Part shown: one piece after another, positions 46,843 to 57,551 of the stretch
Numbering within the stretch: the first letter of the stretch is position 1
Layout of the letters: every line of letters starts with the position of its first letter
Origin: Nemertoderma westbladi
Taxonomy: Eukaryota > Animalia > Xenacoelomorpha
Length of the DNA stretch: 64,000 bases
Direction of reading: 5' to 3'
Assembly: GCA_032718475.1 (NCBI GenBank)
Contig: JAUCBJ010008074.1
Span: 1-64,000, forward strand
Notes under the pieces: model-generated
The model's input: only the letters and a program-made list of their open reading frames with translations
Databases searched by the model: none
What the model was told of the DNA's origin: nothing
Position numbers and translations under genes: made by a program

Positions 46843-46874
46843 GAATGAGAATGCGGTGAATGGGGGCTTTTATA
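46843..46874 (-). promoter_or_regulatory. TATA box plus initiator-like motif upstream of the C2H2 ORF
   Basis: TATAAAAG followed at canonical spacing by TCATTC. Confidence 0.55.
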
Positions 46875-46977
46875 GAGGGAGGCTAGAATGGAGTTGTGAA
46901 AAAAGAATAATCTATTGTAAACCAGATGTTTCTTGAATTTTTCTCAGGCGTATTTAACAATAAAGTGGGTGAAGGTG

Positions 46978-47418
46978 AGGCTGTGGTTGTGGCTGTGGTT
47001 GTGGCTGTGGTTGTGGCTGTGGCTGTGGTTGTGGCTGTTGCTGTGGTTGTGGTTGTGGCTGTGGCTGTGGCTGTGGCTGTGGCTGTGGCTGTGGCTGTGG
47101 TTGTGGCTGTGGTTGTGGCTGTGGTTGTGGCTGTGGTGTGGCTGTGGCTGTGGCTGTGGTTGTGGCTGTGGCTGTGGTTGTGGCTGTGGCTGTGGTTGTG
47201 GCTGTGGCTGTGGTTGTGGCTGTGGCTGTGGCTGTGGCTGTGGTTGTGGCTGTGGTTGTGGCTGTGGCTTGTGGCTGTGGCTGTGGCTGTGGCTGTGGTT
47301 GTGGCTGTGGCTGTGGCTGTGGCTGTGGCTGTGGTCTGTGGCTGTGGCTGTGGCTGTGGCTGTGGCTGTGGTTGTGGCTGTGGCTGTGGCTGTGGTTGTG
47401 GATGTGGCTGTGGTTGTG
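46978..47418. repeat. (GTGGCT/GTGGTT)n hexamer microsatellite, right arm
   Basis: Directly visible. Length and pattern differ from the left copy. Confidence 0.97.
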
Positions 47419-48016
47419 GGGAGTGCCTCAGGTCTTAAATCAGAGTCTTACAAATTCGAACGTTAACGAACAAATTCAAACGTTGCTGTTCCACCTTGGT
47501 GTAGTGGTTGCTTTGAATTCACATCTCCCGCATGTCATGGGTTCAACCCTCACATGGACTTGACATGTGGTGTTTTGGGTAGGGCTTTGTTGTTGAGCTA
47601 ATGCATGCGTAAACCGCTTCATAAAGTACAATATGAAAGAATGCAAACTATTGCAAGAGCAGATGTTTATTCTAATTTCTTGGATGAATTGATGTAATAA
47701 CGAAGCTATAGGTTTGAATAATTTAAACTCTATGGCAGGTCCCATTCACGCAGGCCCCATTCACGCATTGATGTTTGGGTTAGTCATGCTACAGTTAATA
47801 AGAGCCTAACGACCGCAGATTATTGAGGGATGACTCGGGGCCAAACTGGGGCCACTTTATTTTTGTGTGAGGGTAATTTATGTTTTGGGCCTCGATTGCG
47901 TCTTTATATTTCATTGTAGAGTATAACTCAACAAGGGGTTCCATGGGATGCTTAATCCTTCACGCATGCCATACCAAAAACTATGGTTCTGTTTGAAATG
48001 TTAAGGTGGACCTTTC

Positions 48017-48050
48017 TATATAAATAAAACCATGTAAAGTTAGATCATTA
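48017..48050 (+). promoter_or_regulatory. TATA plus Inr-like motif upstream of the GTSF1-like ORF (mirrored in the left arm)
   Basis: TATATAAATA at 48017, TCATTA at 48045, ATG at 48132. Confidence 0.5.
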
Positions 48051-48131
48051 TCTCTAAAAATATTAAGTGAGGTTTTTAAAAGTTTTTTAAAAAGTATATC
48101 TCAATAAATTTTGTTTTTGTCTTTTGTTACT

Positions 48132-48434
48132 ATGGAATATTTCATATGTCCTTATGATGCCACACACAGAATTCATTCAGAAAAATATGTTACGCATTTA
48201 AGAAAATGTCGTAAGAACTTTTCGAATCAAAAAATGGTTCAGTGTCCTTTTCAACCCGCACACAGCTTTAGAGAAGCTGAAAAGGATCACCATTTGCGGT
48301 TTTGCGAATATAGGTCCAGGAACTCAATTTTTCATATATTAAAAGAACAGAAAAAAGAAGAGAAAAAAGAAGAGAAAGAAGAGAAGAAGGGAGAATGTTC
48401 AATGGCGTGGGGAGAAGAGGTGTGGGATTATTGA
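48132..48434 (+). CDS. GTSF1/Asterix-like double CHHC zinc-finger protein, 100 aa (right-arm copy)
   Basis: MEYFICPYDATHRIHSEKYVTHLRKCRKN...CPFQPAHSFREAEKDHHLRFCEYRS...WGEEVWDY. Intronless. Confidence 0.85.
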   Translation: MEYFICPYDATHRIHSEKYVTHLRKCRKNFSNQKMVQCPFQPAHSFREAEKDHHLRFCEYRSRNSIFHILKEQKKEEKKEEKEEKKGECSMAWGEEVWDY

Positions 48435-48996
48435 TCACATGGTGTTTGGGTAGGGGTTTGTCTTTGAGTTAATATGCGCGTGGACTGCTTCATAAAGTAT
48501 AACGCAAAAGAATACAAACTATTGCAAGAGTAGATGATTATTCTAATTTCTTGGATGAATTGATGTAATAACGAAGCTATGGATTCAAAGGGATTAGTCA
48601 AACTGGGGCCACTTTATTTTTGTGTGAGGGTAATTTATGTTTTGGGTTTCGATTGTGTCTTTTTATTTAATTCTACCTTTACCTATTGTATGGCAAAAAT
48701 AATACAAATGTATTGTATATTGTATTGTACTGTACTACGGTTCCTATTGTATTGTATATTTTATCTACTGTACCTACTGTAGTACAATTTATTCATCGCG
48801 CGTCCCTATCTGATTGATTTGTATCAAATTAAATTGCCTTTGGCAACATTATTTGATACAAATCGATTGATTAAACAATTAATTAATTGTTTAATCGACC
48901 AATTAATTAATTGATTGATTAATTAATGACCTACTTAACACCCAAGGTGTGAAGTGGGACCAAACTGTCGCAGAAGTAGGGTAAACCATTACTACT

Positions 48997-49439
48997 CTTA
49001 CTGTAATTTCCCACTTACTTACTGTAACTTCCCACTTACTTACTGTAACTTCCCACTTACTTACTGTAACTTCCCCCTTACTTACTGTAACTTCCCACTT
49101 ACTTACTGTAACTTCCCACTTACTTACTGTAACTTTCCACTTACATACTGTGTAACTTCCCCTATTACTTACTGTAACTTCCCCCTTACTTACCGTAACT
49201 TCCCCCTTACTTACTGTAATTTCCCACTTACTTACTGTAACTTCCCACTTACTTACTGTAACTTCCCACTTACTTACTGTAACTTCCCACTTACTTACTG
49301 TAACTTCCCACATACTTACTGTAATTTCCCACTTACTTACTGCAAGTTCCCCCTTACTTACTGTAACTTCCCACTTACTTACTGTAACTTCCCACTTACT
49401 TACTGTAACTTCCCACTTACATACTGTGTAACTTCCCCT
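48997..49439. repeat. 21-bp minisatellite (CTTACTGTAACTTCCCACTTA)
   Basis: About 21 copies between the foldback end and the BEL LTR. Confidence 0.95.
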
Positions 49440-50920
49440 TGTTGCCGTTATTCCCGACACCATGGGGGAAAACGCCGATGCTGGAGGCGGAATTTTCAGA
49501 CCACGGGATTCCGGCCAGTCACCGGATATTGGGAGTGGAGAAGGAGTCCTTTCTGAGATGCAAGATTGCAATTGAGAAAACGTTGCATTGGTTGGATATA
49601 ATCTTTTAATGTAACTTTCCTACAGTTGAATCTTGATTGAGAGTAAGTTGGGCTTCCCCACACCAATATACACCAAATATTCACAATAATATACGAACAT
49701 ATAAATTCCTACAGTACATTAATTAATTACCCACTGTTCGCTTTAGATTTTAACCTAACTAATGATCCCCATTTTCCCTCGGTCCTAGTCCCGGTACCGT
49801 AGTGTCGGTGTCGGTCGACCCTGTTGCGTGTCCGTCCCACCCTTCCCGAACCCCAAAGGGATCGGTCATCAGGAAAGCGGTAAGGCTTGGCTAGGGGTCT
49901 GTCGGTTCATCGCAGGGTCCCAACCACCTAAGCTTTCCGAGTCCCTTTCAGGCTCGTAGTCGCTTCGGTAGCCGAGAAGCTGCTCCGAATAGTCGGTAGG
50001 CCAGTAGAGTCCGGTCCTTTGTCTTTCGACCCCGTTGAGTGTCCGTCCCACCCTTCCCTAACCCCGAAGGGATCGGTCATCAGGAAAGCGGTACGGCTTG
50101 GCAAGGGGTCTGTCAGCCTGTTGTGAGTCCCAACTGTCGGTTGCTTTCTGAGTCCTTATTCAGGCTCGTACTAACGCCAGTCGTGGAACCCACTCCAGGA
50201 AGGCAGTCCTCGTCGAACCCTTCCTCCGTTTAGTCGGTCGATCCGTTGCAAGTCACCGGTGCAGTCGGCAAGCTTTCCGAGTCCTTATTCAGGCTCGTAA
50301 TAACTGCCGGTGACCAGGGACCGCTAAGGATCTGTCTGTCGGTTTCCGTCGCAAATCCCTGACACAATCAGCAGACTTTCCGAGTCCTTATTCAGGCTCG
50401 TAATAACTGCTGTTGGCCAGGAACCGCTAAGGGCAGTCCTTGTCCCTAGGCCTAGCGAGTTACCAAATCCACCTCTACAGGCAGCAGGAAGTTGGCTAGG
50501 CCTAATAGTATCAGGTAAACCTGAGTACTGCTTGATTTTGCCTCCCACCCTTGGCCCTTAAATATCTGATATGAGTCCCGTGCCCCGTAAGTCGCCCCAA
50601 TATTCGCCCGTGAATCGCACCCAGTCCATTGAATATACCCAAATTCCATGTTCCCGCACCCAGTACTGATATTGGAATATTCATTATAAATAAATCCAAA
50701 AAATATTCAACTCGCGTTATGAAAAGTTGAAATACCGCGAACAGTCCCCCCCAATGACCTTCGTGAGGTCTATCGGTAGATCGAGTTTGCGTAGGTCATT
50801 TCCCATATAAAAAACCCAAATTTTAATATTGCATAGTCATGATTAATTTTTCCTAGAGTTAGTTTATGTAGATATAAAAATAAATGTTCGATATAAATGT
50901 CCATAGAATATCCTGGTCCT

Positions 50921-52705
50921 CTATTTCTTACTCTGATACGCTTTCCTTCTCTTCGCCCGTCTACTCTCGTCGATCGCCAGTGCAGGTAGGGGAGCGTCAA
51001 CGTCCATCGCGAGCATCGCTGCAGCTTGTCTCCTGGCGGCCCTTCCTTTGGATGGTAGCGGGATCATGTCCGTCCGTCTCTCCAACTCGGTAGTGCGTGC
51101 CTCTAGAAACCACTTTCCATCACCGAATTCTTCTTTGTAGGAGTATAAGCGCCTGAGGATCTCGAAGGGACCGAATAATCCAGCGCTCAATAGTAGATCC
51201 ACATAATGGAATGGTAGTGTCGATGCCGTATGGAGGCGTTCTGGGAACGAGAAGTATCCGCACGCCATCTCTTGCGCGACATTTCGAGCGCTTCTCCACA
51301 CTTTGGTCTTTACGTGGTTATTGGCGTAGGTTTCAAACATAACCATATTTCCCATAGCTGTTACGTCTTTAGTAGGACACTTTATGTTACAACGGGGACT
51401 CGCGGAATGTCCACGGAAACCGCATTTTGTGCAGAGGTTGTAAAGGGTAGGACAAACCGAAACATCGTGGCCCGATATCGCGCAATAGGGACAGTAAAGT
51501 ATCCCAAGGAGCTGGAGGCACAAATCGGTAACCCGATTTCTCCTTCCGCGTGGACACTGTTCCGAACTGCAGTTTCCGCACACCTCCAGTTGCATCTCCC
51601 GGCCGAAGAATATCGGGATCGGTACGCCGGCGTAATACTCCAGCCATCGGTCACTTTTGGGGATACTCGCAGTTGCCGGTAGCCCGCGGAATGCTGGGCT
51701 TTGGTGGAATATGTTCTCGCTACGATAACCTTCCTTATAGCCCGCCGGTCGCATCCCGGGAGCCTGTTTCTGGCGGTGGATCCACTCGGTTTGTTCGGCA
51801 TACCATCGGGTAAGTCGCATAGGGTCTTGTGGAATGGAGGGGGCCATCGCCACAGCCGGTCGGCGAAGGGGTACTGGCGATTTCGTCAGTCTCACTTCCC
51901 GGAATCCACGCATGAATTCTGTGGATCGCAACCAGGCTAACAGGGTTTGGGTGTCGACGAAGTGACTAATGGTGCTGAGGTCTTCTTGTCGGTTTCTTCC
52001 GAAGGGAGCATTGGCGTAGTCATTCCGGATATCCGCTTTTATATCTGACCCAATCGTAATAACATCGAAATCGAATAGGATCTGTTGGATCTCCGGTGGT
52101 AATAACCAGATCGCTCCGGATGTCCGCACCTCCTGTTTGGGTGTCGAGAAGATCCGACATATTAACACTAGACCGTCTAGGGTTCCGAGGACGACGACTA
52201 ATGATCGACCGTATTCCTTTGTCCCATACTTCTCCTGGTAGTCATCGCGGTTCTGGATGACCGATATACGCTCCTCTCGTAGCGACGTTGTACATTCCGC
52301 TAGGTTTCCCCAGTGGGTGAGGTATGTACTCTTGTCGTCGACGAAACTTTGGCATCGCACCAACGTAATCGCTTTCGAAGTGGGCGTCGCGTTTCCCTCG
52401 TTGTCATATATCAAACATCGGGATTTGTAGACGCTTCGACGGAACGTTTCCCAGAACGTCAACTCCGCTCCTCTGGTTGCCTTTGCGTTCCGAGTTCTTT
52501 TCAGGCTCGTACTAGCATCGGACAACCAGAGCTCTCGTAGATTACGGGAATCCGGTTCCTCTCGCCCAGAGAATTTAATGATTCGCACATTCTCTGTTAT
52601 CAGGGCGTTCCATTTCGTATCAAAGTTAGGAGATCTAGGCTGTGGATATTCCAGTAAATCGAGAGTGTTACGTAATTCGCCGAGAATTTGGCGATTTGAG
52701 TCCAT
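50921..52705 (-). CDS. Extra ORF of BEL element 2: degenerate exonuclease-like domain plus zinc knuckles, homologous to 27719-30253
   Basis: LPPEIQQILFDFDVITIGSDIKAD...FVDTQ and CPYCAISGHDVSVCPTLYNLCTKCGFRGH...FETYA...GYF...LPFHY. Confidence 0.7.
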   Translation of the reverse strand: MDSNRQILGELRNTLDLLEYPQPRSPNFDTKWNALITENVRIIKFSGREEPDSRNLRELWLSDASTSLKRTRNAKATRGAELTFWETFRRSVYKSRCLIYDNEGNATPTSKAITLVRCQSFVDDKSTYLTHWGNLAECTTSLREERISVIQNRDDYQEKYGTKEYGRSLVVVLGTLDGLVLICRIFSTPKQEVRTSGAIWLLPPEIQQILFDFDVITIGSDIKADIRNDYANAPFGRNRQEDLSTISHFVDTQTLLAWLRSTEFMRGFREVRLTKSPVPLRRPAVAMAPSIPQDPMRLTRWYAEQTEWIHRQKQAPGMRPAGYKEGYRSENIFHQSPAFRGLPATASIPKSDRWLEYYAGVPIPIFFGREMQLEVCGNCSSEQCPRGRRNRVTDLCLQLLGILYCPYCAISGHDVSVCPTLYNLCTKCGFRGHSASPRCNIKCPTKDVTAMGNMVMFETYANNHVKTKVWRSARNVAQEMACGYFSFPERLHTASTLPFHYVDLLLSAGLFGPFEILRRLYSYKEEFGDGKWFLEARTTELERRTDMIPLPSKGRAARRQAAAMLAMDVDAPLPALAIDESRRAKRRKAYQSKK

Positions 52706-52964
52706 ATTTTAAATTATGTCCGTTGCAAATGTACATCAGTTAATTATAAATCCAGAAAGTCTGATTCTATAGTGACTGCAGAATAATTCAGTTTATTATT
52801 ATTCAGTTTATTATTGCTATATAGGCATCTACCATCTTATTGCTACTACATTCAGTATTTACAGTTACTATAGCTATACATTAATATCCAACCAGTTTTT
52901 TACTTTTTATGTCCTATTCTTTTTCCAATTCTTTTCTTTTCTACATTTTATACATTTTTTTGTC

Positions 52965-53690
52965 TTTTTTCATTTATCATTTATTATTCATTTCACATTT
53001 CATTATTTCTTTCCACATTTCATCATTTATTTCCACATTTCATCATTTATTTCCACATTTCATCATTTATTTCACATTTATTACACATTTCATTTATTTC
53101 CATTTCATCATTGGGGTTATAGCCCCCCGACTATCATCATTTTGTTATAAGCGCAGCACCAGGGTGCGCATCATTACATTTTCATCATCATATGCGTCAT
53201 CATTCAGTTTATAGTAGGGTTGTCTGTTTCTTTTCATCATTTCCAAACTACATTCAACCATCTTCTTTGGGAAATTTTCGTTGTGGAAGGGGTGTTACGC
53301 GGCAATCTGGGATCTACAGCTGGGCTAGTTACACCGCCTATGCCCCAAACTGCACACGTAACGGACAATGAAGACGCTGGAAGTGAAGTCACGTGGAATG
53401 CACCAGGGACCCACCAGAATAACACTCCCAGCAACATAAAGTTCAGCCGACGAAGTCATGTGGGATGGGGTTACGCAACATTCTGGGATCTACAGCTGGA
53501 CTAGTTACACCGCCTATGCCCCAAAATCCACGCAACGGTCCCACCAGAATAACGCGACTGAGAAACATAAAACCTCTATCGACGAAGTCATGTGGATGCA
53601 CCATGGACCCACCAGAATAACGGGATAGAGGGGGTGTTGCGCGGCAATCCAGGATCTACAGCTGGACTAGTTACACCGCCTACCAATAAT
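52965..53690. repeat. Repeat-rich spacer between pol and the extra ORF of element 2
   Basis: CATTTCATCATTTATTTCCA repeats (about 52965-53110) and three copies of GGATCTACAGCTGG.CTAGTTACACCGCCTA (about 53310, 53487, 53652). Confidence 0.8.
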
Positions 53691-53902
53691 CCAATGTCGT
53701 TGGTCCCGATGACCAAAATCAGGGTAAACAATACATAAACGACCCTGCGTCAGTCGAAACATCTGCAGGGTGACGCTGGACTCCACATAACACACGAGGA
53801 AACACAAATACCATTGCGTGGTTGCAGTTGGTTTAAGGGGGTTCCATTACTCATTGTCAGTAAATCACGTTTTAAAGAGTTTGTCAACAGGATGAGAAGG
53901 GT

Positions 53903-56900
53903 TTAAACGGGTTTAGCATTGTCACCAATGTCTGCAGCAGGATCCGTAGTAGGGAACTTATCACCTCTCGTGGAGTCACCACTGCCATTGCCTTCGAGAA
54001 GGCACAGCTTCTGGATAGGGCGTTGGTAGTGGCCCTTTGCCGTTCGTATCGTCACAGTCCTCGCAAGTCCCTCTTTGCTCGCTTGTATTGCCACGACTCG
54101 CGCCACAGGCCAGTGGACGCGGTCTTTAAGGTCTTCCTTAACTAGCACCATGTCGCCAACTGCGACATTCCTGTAGGTGTTATTCCACTTCCTCCTGGTC
54201 CGGAGGGTTATGAGGTACTCCTGGGCACAGATTCTCCACCAATGCGCTGCCAACACTTGGGCCTTCTTCCAGTTTGTATGTCTCGCGATATCGTTGGGAT
54301 CCGGAAACATTGTCTCTGGGAGAACATGAGTTTTAGGTCTCCCCAGTAGGTGGTTAGGAGTAAGGGGCTCCAGGTCTGTGGGGTCGTCGCGGATAGGGAC
54401 AATGGGTCGGTTGTTCAGGGTAGCCGTGATCTCACAGAATGTTGTGCGGAGGGTGTCATGGTTTACCCGGGTGTCTCCTAGAGCGACGCGCATGGATCGT
54501 TTCACTAGGTCGATCAGTTTCTCCCATACCCCGCTCGTATGGGGTGCTAAGGGGGTCTGGAAGTGCCACTGTATCTGGTGTTCCTTCCAGACTTGGGATG
54601 CGGTGTTATCGGTAAACCATCCCTCGATCGCCTCTCTGCTCGCTGGGTATTTGACTTTGTATTCAACCGGGGCATTTGCCATCCGGGTATTCAGTCGAAT
54701 CAGTCCGTCCTCTCCCATCATTGGTCTCAGTTGGTAGACTGGGCTGTCCGGTTTCAAGATCTTGCCCGCACTGAGTTGTTCCCACTCATCGGGGAAACTT
54801 TCTCTCTGGACATATCCAACGATACACTTCTCCGCGATAATGAGTTCTTGTATGCTCCGTTTAACTATCGGCTTGTTGTCTTTCCACCGTAGGAAATTGC
54901 GAAGGGTTATAATGTGGTGGACGAGCCGTCTCATTGATGAAGTTCGCTCGATCAACAGATGTAAGGACGCCGCTGGTTGAGTGATCGTCGCGACGTTATA
55001 GTGCCTGCCCGAGTCCTTTGCAGGCTCGGTCAGACAACTATAAATTTCCACTGCGTTGCTTCTATGGACTTTACGGATCTCTTTGTCGTCCTCGGAGTAT
55101 TTTCTGCTATCGAGTTCGGGATCGAATCGGGTACTCCATGTTAATTGTGGTTGTTGTAGGAATTCCGGGCCTGTAAGCCAGAGTTTACTCTTACCGAGTT
55201 GTTTTGGGGTGGCGCCTCGGCTTGATAAGTCCGCTGGATTTTCTTTCCCGTTCACGTGGTGCCACTGTTCTCGGCCGGTACACTGTTTTATCTCCGTGGC
55301 TCGGTTCGCTACAAACGTGGTGTGACGCCGTGATGGAGAGTGGAGATAGTAGAGGACGATACTCGAATCGACCCAGAAGTGTTGAGATTCGATGGGGATT
55401 CGTAGGTTCCGCATGACCATGCGGTTCTGTCTCACTGCCCAAACCGCAGCCTGTAGCTCAAGTCTTGGAATCGTTGCTACGAATTCCCCGGATACTGTCT
55501 TAGCTTTAGAAAATAAGAAGCTCGTATCGCCATTTCCATCATTGCTTAGTCTTCTTAAGAAGGTGACTACGCCGATTCCGGTATTCAAAGCATCCGAGAA
55601 GGTATGGAGCTGGAAGATATCGGTGGGTAGTTTATCGAGGAAGAACGGTCGAGGGATCGCATAAGATGTAGGTGTTCGAGCTGTTCCGTCCATTTTCTCC
55701 ATTTGACACTGAGGTGTGGGGGGAGTTCTTCATCCCATCCTAGTCCTTCTATCCACATTTCTTTAATCAGATTCATTCCGGCCAAGGTTACCGGAGATAT
55801 GAAATTTAGTGGGTCGAATATTGCACTTTTTATCGACAAACATCCCCTTTTCGTCATAGGCTTGGGTAGGGGGTTATATTTGAAAATGAATTCGTCTGAT
55901 TCTATATCCCATTCGATACCGAGTACATGGTGTTCCACATCCTCGGAATACATTTTGTTGTTGTCCAGTCGGATGTCCTCCGGAAACTTTTCCATAAGTT
56001 TCTTGTCGTGGGATCTGAACTTCACGAGCGGAAAACCTCCTTTCTTTAAACATTCTACCATCCCCATTGCTAGCTGAAATGCCTCGTCGACATTATCTGC
56101 GCCGGCGCATCCGTCGTCCACGTAGAAGCATCGTCGGATGGTTTCTATGACGGTTGGAGGGAACTCGTTTTCGCACATAGTTGCCGTTTTCTTCAGCATG
56201 TCACTACATGCTACCGGCGAGTCCTTAGCACCGAAGATCCTGACGATCATGCGCATTACGTCTATATCCTTCATTGTAAGTTGACTAATCTCCTGTTGAG
56301 TTAATGTTTTATCCGTCCATAGTATACGTAGACAGTCTGAGTCTCTGGGTAGCGTACGGACCTGGTGAAACATGGCTTTAATGTCGCAGGTGAATGCTAT
56401 CTGGTTTTCCCTGAACCTGATCAACACGCCAATGAGTGTACTGTATATGTTGGGCCCCGTGTAAAGCTGGCTGTTCAGGGATTCGCCTTGATACATAGCG
56501 GCGGCATCATTGACTACTCGGATTTTACCACCCTTCCGGGCTTCTACCACATAGTGGGTTGGAAGATAATATGTTCTGTTACCCCCTTGCAGTTCATTCC
56601 GGGGTACCATTTCTGCTAATCCATCCTCGAGATATCCTTTGATTACAGTATTATATTTCTCCTTTATCTCGGGTTGGTCATTCAGCCGGCGTAAGATCCC
56701 CTTAAGTCGCCTAAGGGCCATGTTGGCGTTATTTGCCATTGGTTTATTTGGGTCCTTCCATAACATGGGTGAACTCCAGTGTCCGTCTTTGAACGTGGCC
56801 TGGTCTAGGACGTCCATACAATATTGATCCTCTTCGGACGGGTTTTCGTCCTTTTCAGCGAACTCTTGGGTCTCTAGATTAAAGTATTTAGTCATCTCTT

Positions 56901-57551
56901 GCTGGGTTTTCTCTGTCTCGAGAAACAAATCCTCGTCAATGTCTGTAGCTGAACAATAACCCACGGATGTTGCATTCTCTTTAATCTGACATTTAGGAAG
57001 GTATGTATAGGTGTCAGTAGTCTCTTTCTTGATGCCGCAGAGTGTCCATCCCATTATTGTTCGTTCGGCGTAAAAGCCGTCATCCTGCTTTATAGATCGG
57101 GCGACGTCTCCGGTGTGTATGTGTAATTCCGGTGTATCAAGTCCGATCAGTAGGGTGATGCGGTTTACATCCAACGGCGGGCACCTTAGGTCTACATCGT
57201 CTCGGTCCAACTGTATGAGGGGGGCGTACTCGGCTGATTGTCGGAACCACACTCGTAGGTTGGTGTGTACCAAGGCGTTCTCGATGGTCAGCTTAACTGT
57301 CTCGTAGCCCTTCATTACTACTTCCATCTGGAGCTGCACCTCCCCGGATTCTACCTCTCTATGGTCGGTGATAGTTTGTATGGGCCGTTTGCAAGGTTCA
57401 TAGTCTAGGCCGAGTTGCTCAAGGAAATCCCAGTCGATGATGGTTCCGTCCGATCCGTTATCAAGGAACGCGAGCGTCGTCAAGGATTTGCCGACCCCTT
57501 GAATTCTTACTGGGATTACTTTGGCAAAGACCATGTAACGGCGATTTATAA
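53903..57551 (-). pseudogene. BEL pol (protease, RT, RNase H, partial integrase), frameshifted
   Basis: LDNGS, FYVDD, FSDA, PRLEL, WVDS, NPADLSSRG, LTPNHLL. Frameshift near 55670. The integrase HHCC and first catalytic motifs are missing between VKYP and ASREA. Confidence 0.9.

Larger units (their letters stand above)
43587..48996. mobile_element. Foldback element with 2.1-kb inverted arms (43587-45687 / 46852-48996); probable non-autonomous Polinton/Maverick derivative
   Basis: The arms are near-perfect reverse complements with termini 5'-AGTAGT...ACTACT-3'. The 1.16-kb spacer holds a C2H2 ORF. No polymerase, integrase or capsid gene, and no 6-bp TSD (flanks AGCATT / CTTACT). Confidence 0.65.

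Noticed and set aside
45020-47563. Poly-VA/WL/CG ORFs in the foldback arms
   Set aside because: These are translations of the hexamer microsatellite.
43581-49002. 6-bp TSD for the foldback element
   Set aside because: The flanks AGCATT and CTTACT do not match, so the Polinton call rests on termini only and is held at moderate confidence.
48903-49571. ORFs with KWEVTVS / YCNFPLT repeats
   Set aside because: These are translations of the 21-bp minisatellite, crossing element boundaries.
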